In this document: one piece after another, positions 60,216-64,000 of the stretch
How positions within the stretch are numbered: the first letter of the stretch is position 1
Layout: every line of letters starts with the position of its first letter
Origin: Klebsormidium nitens
Lineage: Eukaryota > Plantae > Klebsormidiophyceae
Assembly (NCBI GenBank): GCA_000708835.1
Contig: DF237005.1
Location: forward strand, 101,943-165,942
DNA length: 64,000 bases
Direction: 5' to 3'
Notes under the pieces: model-generated
Told to the model about the DNA's origin: nothing
Databases searched by the model: none
The model's input: only the letters and a program-made list of their open reading frames with translations
Program-made: the position numbers and the translations under genes

Positions 60216-61012
60216 TACGCCGAGCTAAAGTCCTGTTCTTAATCATTGGATTGAAGAGATTCTCGCAAACCGCACCGAGCACGCGGCGGCGCAGCGAGCA
60301 ACATTGTTAGACTTTGCTTTGTCAAGCGTAACACATTCTGTCGAACGCACGAGACGAAGTTAGGAAATAAACAACCGTTTTTCATATCGTGTACGGGCCC
60401 GGGCATATCAATCTTGGTGCAAGAGAGTGTCCAGAAGAGTTCGTGTCGAAAACATTGAACGTCGTCTGGAAAGAGAATCATCTGCCAGTCATGCGGCTTG
60501 ACTTACTCGTGCTCGCTTGAAGAATACGTACCACGTTCAGATATGTTGTCTGCAACCGGCACATGATCGAAAAAGCCAACAACGAACGGCCCCTCTCATC
60601 TGCAATCAGACTCGAAGAGTTCGGATGACGTACACTGGCTGAGTTGGAATTTTCATTCGATCGTCCCTTTCGTTCATGTACAAAGATTCTCCTAGAACCA
60701 GCACTTCCTCCGGTGCTACAAGTTCCTATGAACAGGTCCGAATTGCCTCTCAATCTTATCCTCACCATCCGGCGTTGTCTCCTTGTAGCCAAACGTCACC
60801 GTCAGAGCCCTGACCGTAACCATTCCAATCGTAATCCGCTACCTCAATCACGCACAGCACCCTCCTCTAGTTTCTCACGAGAATTCACTCCAATCTTTCT
60901 CCTATCCACCCTGCGCTCTCACCGACACTAATTACCGATCACGTTCCTCTTCGCGGTTTCGGATTGTTGAAGATTCATTCAGCCTTCCAATCACACCGCG
61001 ACGCGCGCGCTT

Positions 61013-64000
61013 CTACTGCGGCTCGTTCAGCCGCGCGGCCGCCTGCATTTGCGCGGCGACTCCCCTCCGCACGTTATGGTGCTCGGGGTCGCCGCGCGCT
61101 TCGGCGCGAGTCACCTTGCGGGCGTCCTCGCGCGTCACCACCTTGTCCGCAGACAGCGCCTCGGACGCATGCTGCGCGAGCGGGAAGAATATGACCTAAT
61201 CAAGAAGCAATACAAGCGAGATCGAGGAAAATAACTGCGCGCTTTGGCCAATGAGAGGAAGATTGAACAGACTGCTCTTACGGTTGGCTCTGCGAATCAA
61301 AGCCCTGACGTCAGCAACATGAGGAAATTGGACGAGGTCTCAGGATCTGCCACCTGCGGGTGAGAAAGTTGGCAGAGGCAAGTTGCTTCCTGCTGCAAAG
61401 TGGGCATGAGTCAGGAACAAACCAATCTCTTCACGTTCGCTCTACCGCAAATTCTCACCCCGATCCTAAAACTTTGAAAGCACTCGTGTTGCAATATCGA
61501 CCGTACGTGTGCCTCCTCGACCCACGAGAAGAAGATAGCCAAAGGGCTCAGCAAACAATTACGACAAGAGACTTGCGGTTAGAACACTAGCACAAACCGC
61601 CAAAACCCGCGCTCCGCTCGCCTGCAGAAGCTGCCCCAGAGTGTGCGCCTCCGGCGCGCGCGCAGCTCCCTTGCGCGGCGACCCCGGTCGAGTTTCCCGG
61701 GCGGGCTGGGGCGGCACGTGCCCCAGCTCCATCTCGTGTGCCGCCTGCGCGGCCGCGCGCTCGCGCCGCTCGCGCACCTGCTCGTCCCGGAGGTTTAGCG
61801 CCGCGAGCAGCTGCGCCTCGGCGCCCAGAGGGCCCCCCGTGCGGTCGCCCGTCGCGCGCGTGACCGCGGCCTGCCGAAGGGTTTAAGGGTTCTGTGCGTC
61901 GGGATTTGGCTTCGAAAGTTGATAAGGGCCGGCACGAGGCGTTAAATGCAAACGGTCTCTGCGCGACAGGGTTGAGTGATTCAGTGGAAATGGATCAGAG
62001 TATATCGGGTTTAAGTTCTCTCCGTAAGCGAAGGACGATATTGTCCGTTAGCAGGAGCGCGGAGTGAGAGGCGTATCAATGGATCAGAGATGAAAAGTTA
62101 AAGGCATGGCAGGATGAAAGTTTGAATACGATCAAGACGCAGAAAATAGCTCAAGAAGATGACGAACCTATTGCGACTCTTCCAGCACTAATTGAGTTCG
62201 CCCAACGCATTGCCGGGCGCTGTCAGAAGTACCAGGATTACATGGTGCTGACTAGATGGTTGACTGCACACGACGGACCTCTACATCGATCGACCCCTTC
62301 TGTACGCTTTCCGGAACTGGTGCGACATGCTGTGCCGGGTTGCAGCAGAAAAGACCCCTCGTGCAGGGTTCCCCCCTCTCATTCGTGCTTGGGGCGCAGT
62401 ACAACGAGTTCTTTTCATCACTGTCAGCTTTGTGAGGTTTAATATAAACGAAACTGAAAAAGAGAAGATATCTGTTGGGATCAAGGCGGTATCTCTGCCC
62501 CACCTGAGCTGCGCGCGCGTCCCCCGGGTCGACCGGCTTGTCCGCGCGCGCGTGGCCCGCCACCTCGAGCGCCTCCCCAATCAGCACGGGGTCGTCAAGT
62601 GCTGTGAGGTAACGCATCAGAGGGCTTCAAAAGCAAAATTAGAATGGTTACATAAAAGCTTTGTTTTCGATACGCATCTAATCAACCGGCGTGCTTTTTC
62701 TTAAGATCAAGTTGCAGACCCCGGAGACCGGCCAGGTTTTCTTAGTTAAGCCAAGAAGGCGGCTTAGCCAACGAATGTCTGGTTCCTCAAAGCGTACCCG
62801 GAAAATGGCTCTTTCTAGAGAGTCCGATGGTCTGTCAAAGCGCGGTCGAGAACTCCGGACCTTAACGGCTTGGATTGTGAGCATGTTCGAAACCTATCTA
62901 CGTACGCAACCAAGTTTGCGCCAACCAAAGCGCCGGAGCGCTTTGATCTGCGCTCCTTCGTTCCGTGTCTTTTCACCGGCACTCTCAAGTACGGCAGTCC
63001 CACCGAACCCAGGGAGGTACGTTCAAAAGGAGCGCGCGCACGCGCACCTGGCTTGTACCCGTGCGGGTAGCGCGGCTCGTGCGCCGCGACGCGCTCCGCG
63101 GCCTCGTTGAACGCCGCGGCCGCCTGCATGTGCGCCGCGATGCCGCGCGCGTGCGACACGTGGAACGGATCGTTGCGCTGCTCCGCGCTCTGCACGCGCC
63201 GCGCGTCTTCGCCCGTCGCGGGCTTGTCCATCGGCAGCCGCCGGGCCGCGTCCTGCAGCGACGGGTTTCTGGAAGTCGTAGAAAAGTTTTCCCAAAACTT
63301 TGAAGGTTACCCGAATTTTACCCCTTGAGTTGGAAGCTGTAAGAAATCTGCAGACTTTCCCATTTTTTGGGCTTTTTGAAATCATCATATTTCTTGCGGA
63401 GATTGGAGATCTGCGGATCTTATGGGCTCAAAACTTTAAATGCCCCTTTGCGCTACCAAGGGAAGGGGAATAACAACTTGCAAACATGATGGAGTACCTC
63501 CAGAGCCCTACCCAGTTGCAGTTAACAACTAGGAGTTGCTGACATCATGAATAAAAGTGGCAGCGATGTTTCACTAGCAACTCCAGACAATCAGGAAATC
63601 GTTGAACGGCGGCTCTAGAGCTTCGAGAGCGCACGTTGATCTCTAGCATCCGTCGCGCTTGCTTCGGTCCTGCTTTTGCTTCACTGTTGGTAGACAGATC
63701 CAAACCCAGCGTGCTCAGCAAGCCCGCGAGGTCAGCTTACACTAGTTGCCTTTTCAAAGGCTCATCCTAGGAAGAGCCCTGTGAACAGGATGCAGAAGGC
63801 GCGGAAATTCTGAGAAATGTTTTGGAAGCAGACTTTTAAGACCCACCTTGAGAACCTCCCCTAGTCTGTGGGGCGTCCCCTCGTATGTCACCGTTCCGTC
63901 CGTCTCAAAGATCAGCTTCCGCTCGTTCTCGGTCGCCGCCTTTTCTGCTTCGGCGGCCAGATCACTGCTGATCTGGACTCCCGAGGTCGCCCTTGCCACT
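61013..64000 (-). CDS. Second, tandem SMP/LEA D-34 paralog; 5' part lies beyond the window end
   Basis: Exons >64000-63847, 63252-63048, 62601-62504, 61870-61622 (GC donor) and 61171-61013. Exon sizes 205/98/249/159 match the neighbour's 205/98/240/159, with the same SMP motifs (IGEALEVAGHARADKPVDPGDARAAQ; DKVVTREDARKV...AAARLNEPQ*). Confidence 0.9.

Noticed and set aside
54671-63390. Many plus-strand Arg/Ala-rich ORFs over the SMP genes
   Set aside because: Antisense or alternate-frame read-through of very GC-rich SMP exons.

Overview
Intron-rich eukaryotic nuclear DNA (GT-AG introns, GC-rich exons, one 412-nt N gap). The mix of land-plant-type genes (PDR-type ABCG, SMP/LEA D-34, CXIP4) with alga/animal-type genes (mucolipin-like channel, UPF0193/EVG1-like) suggests a streptophyte green alga such as Klebsormidium; this is inference, not a database result. 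Gene order: 5' exon of 3-dehydroquinate synthase (-); mucolipin/TRPML-like channel (+); plastid-targeted small protein of cyanobacterial type (-); CXIP4 (+); UPF0193-like gene (-); a long F-box/LRR-like locus of one or two genes (-); an aquaporin (+); a full-size ABCG/PDR transporter of about 17.7 kb (-); two tandem SMP/LEA D-34 genes (-), the second cut by the window end. The most striking unexplained structure is the set of 'shadow exons': diverged tandem copies of exon ends, including their splice sites, lying in the adjacent introns. I count at least 15 such junctions in the ABCG gene (up to 5 copies at about 167-nt spacing), plus several in the TRPML-like and SMP genes. A dispersed ~80-bp repeat (4 copies, one inside MITE-like inverted repeats) is also present. 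All homologies come from recalled family motifs; no searches were run.
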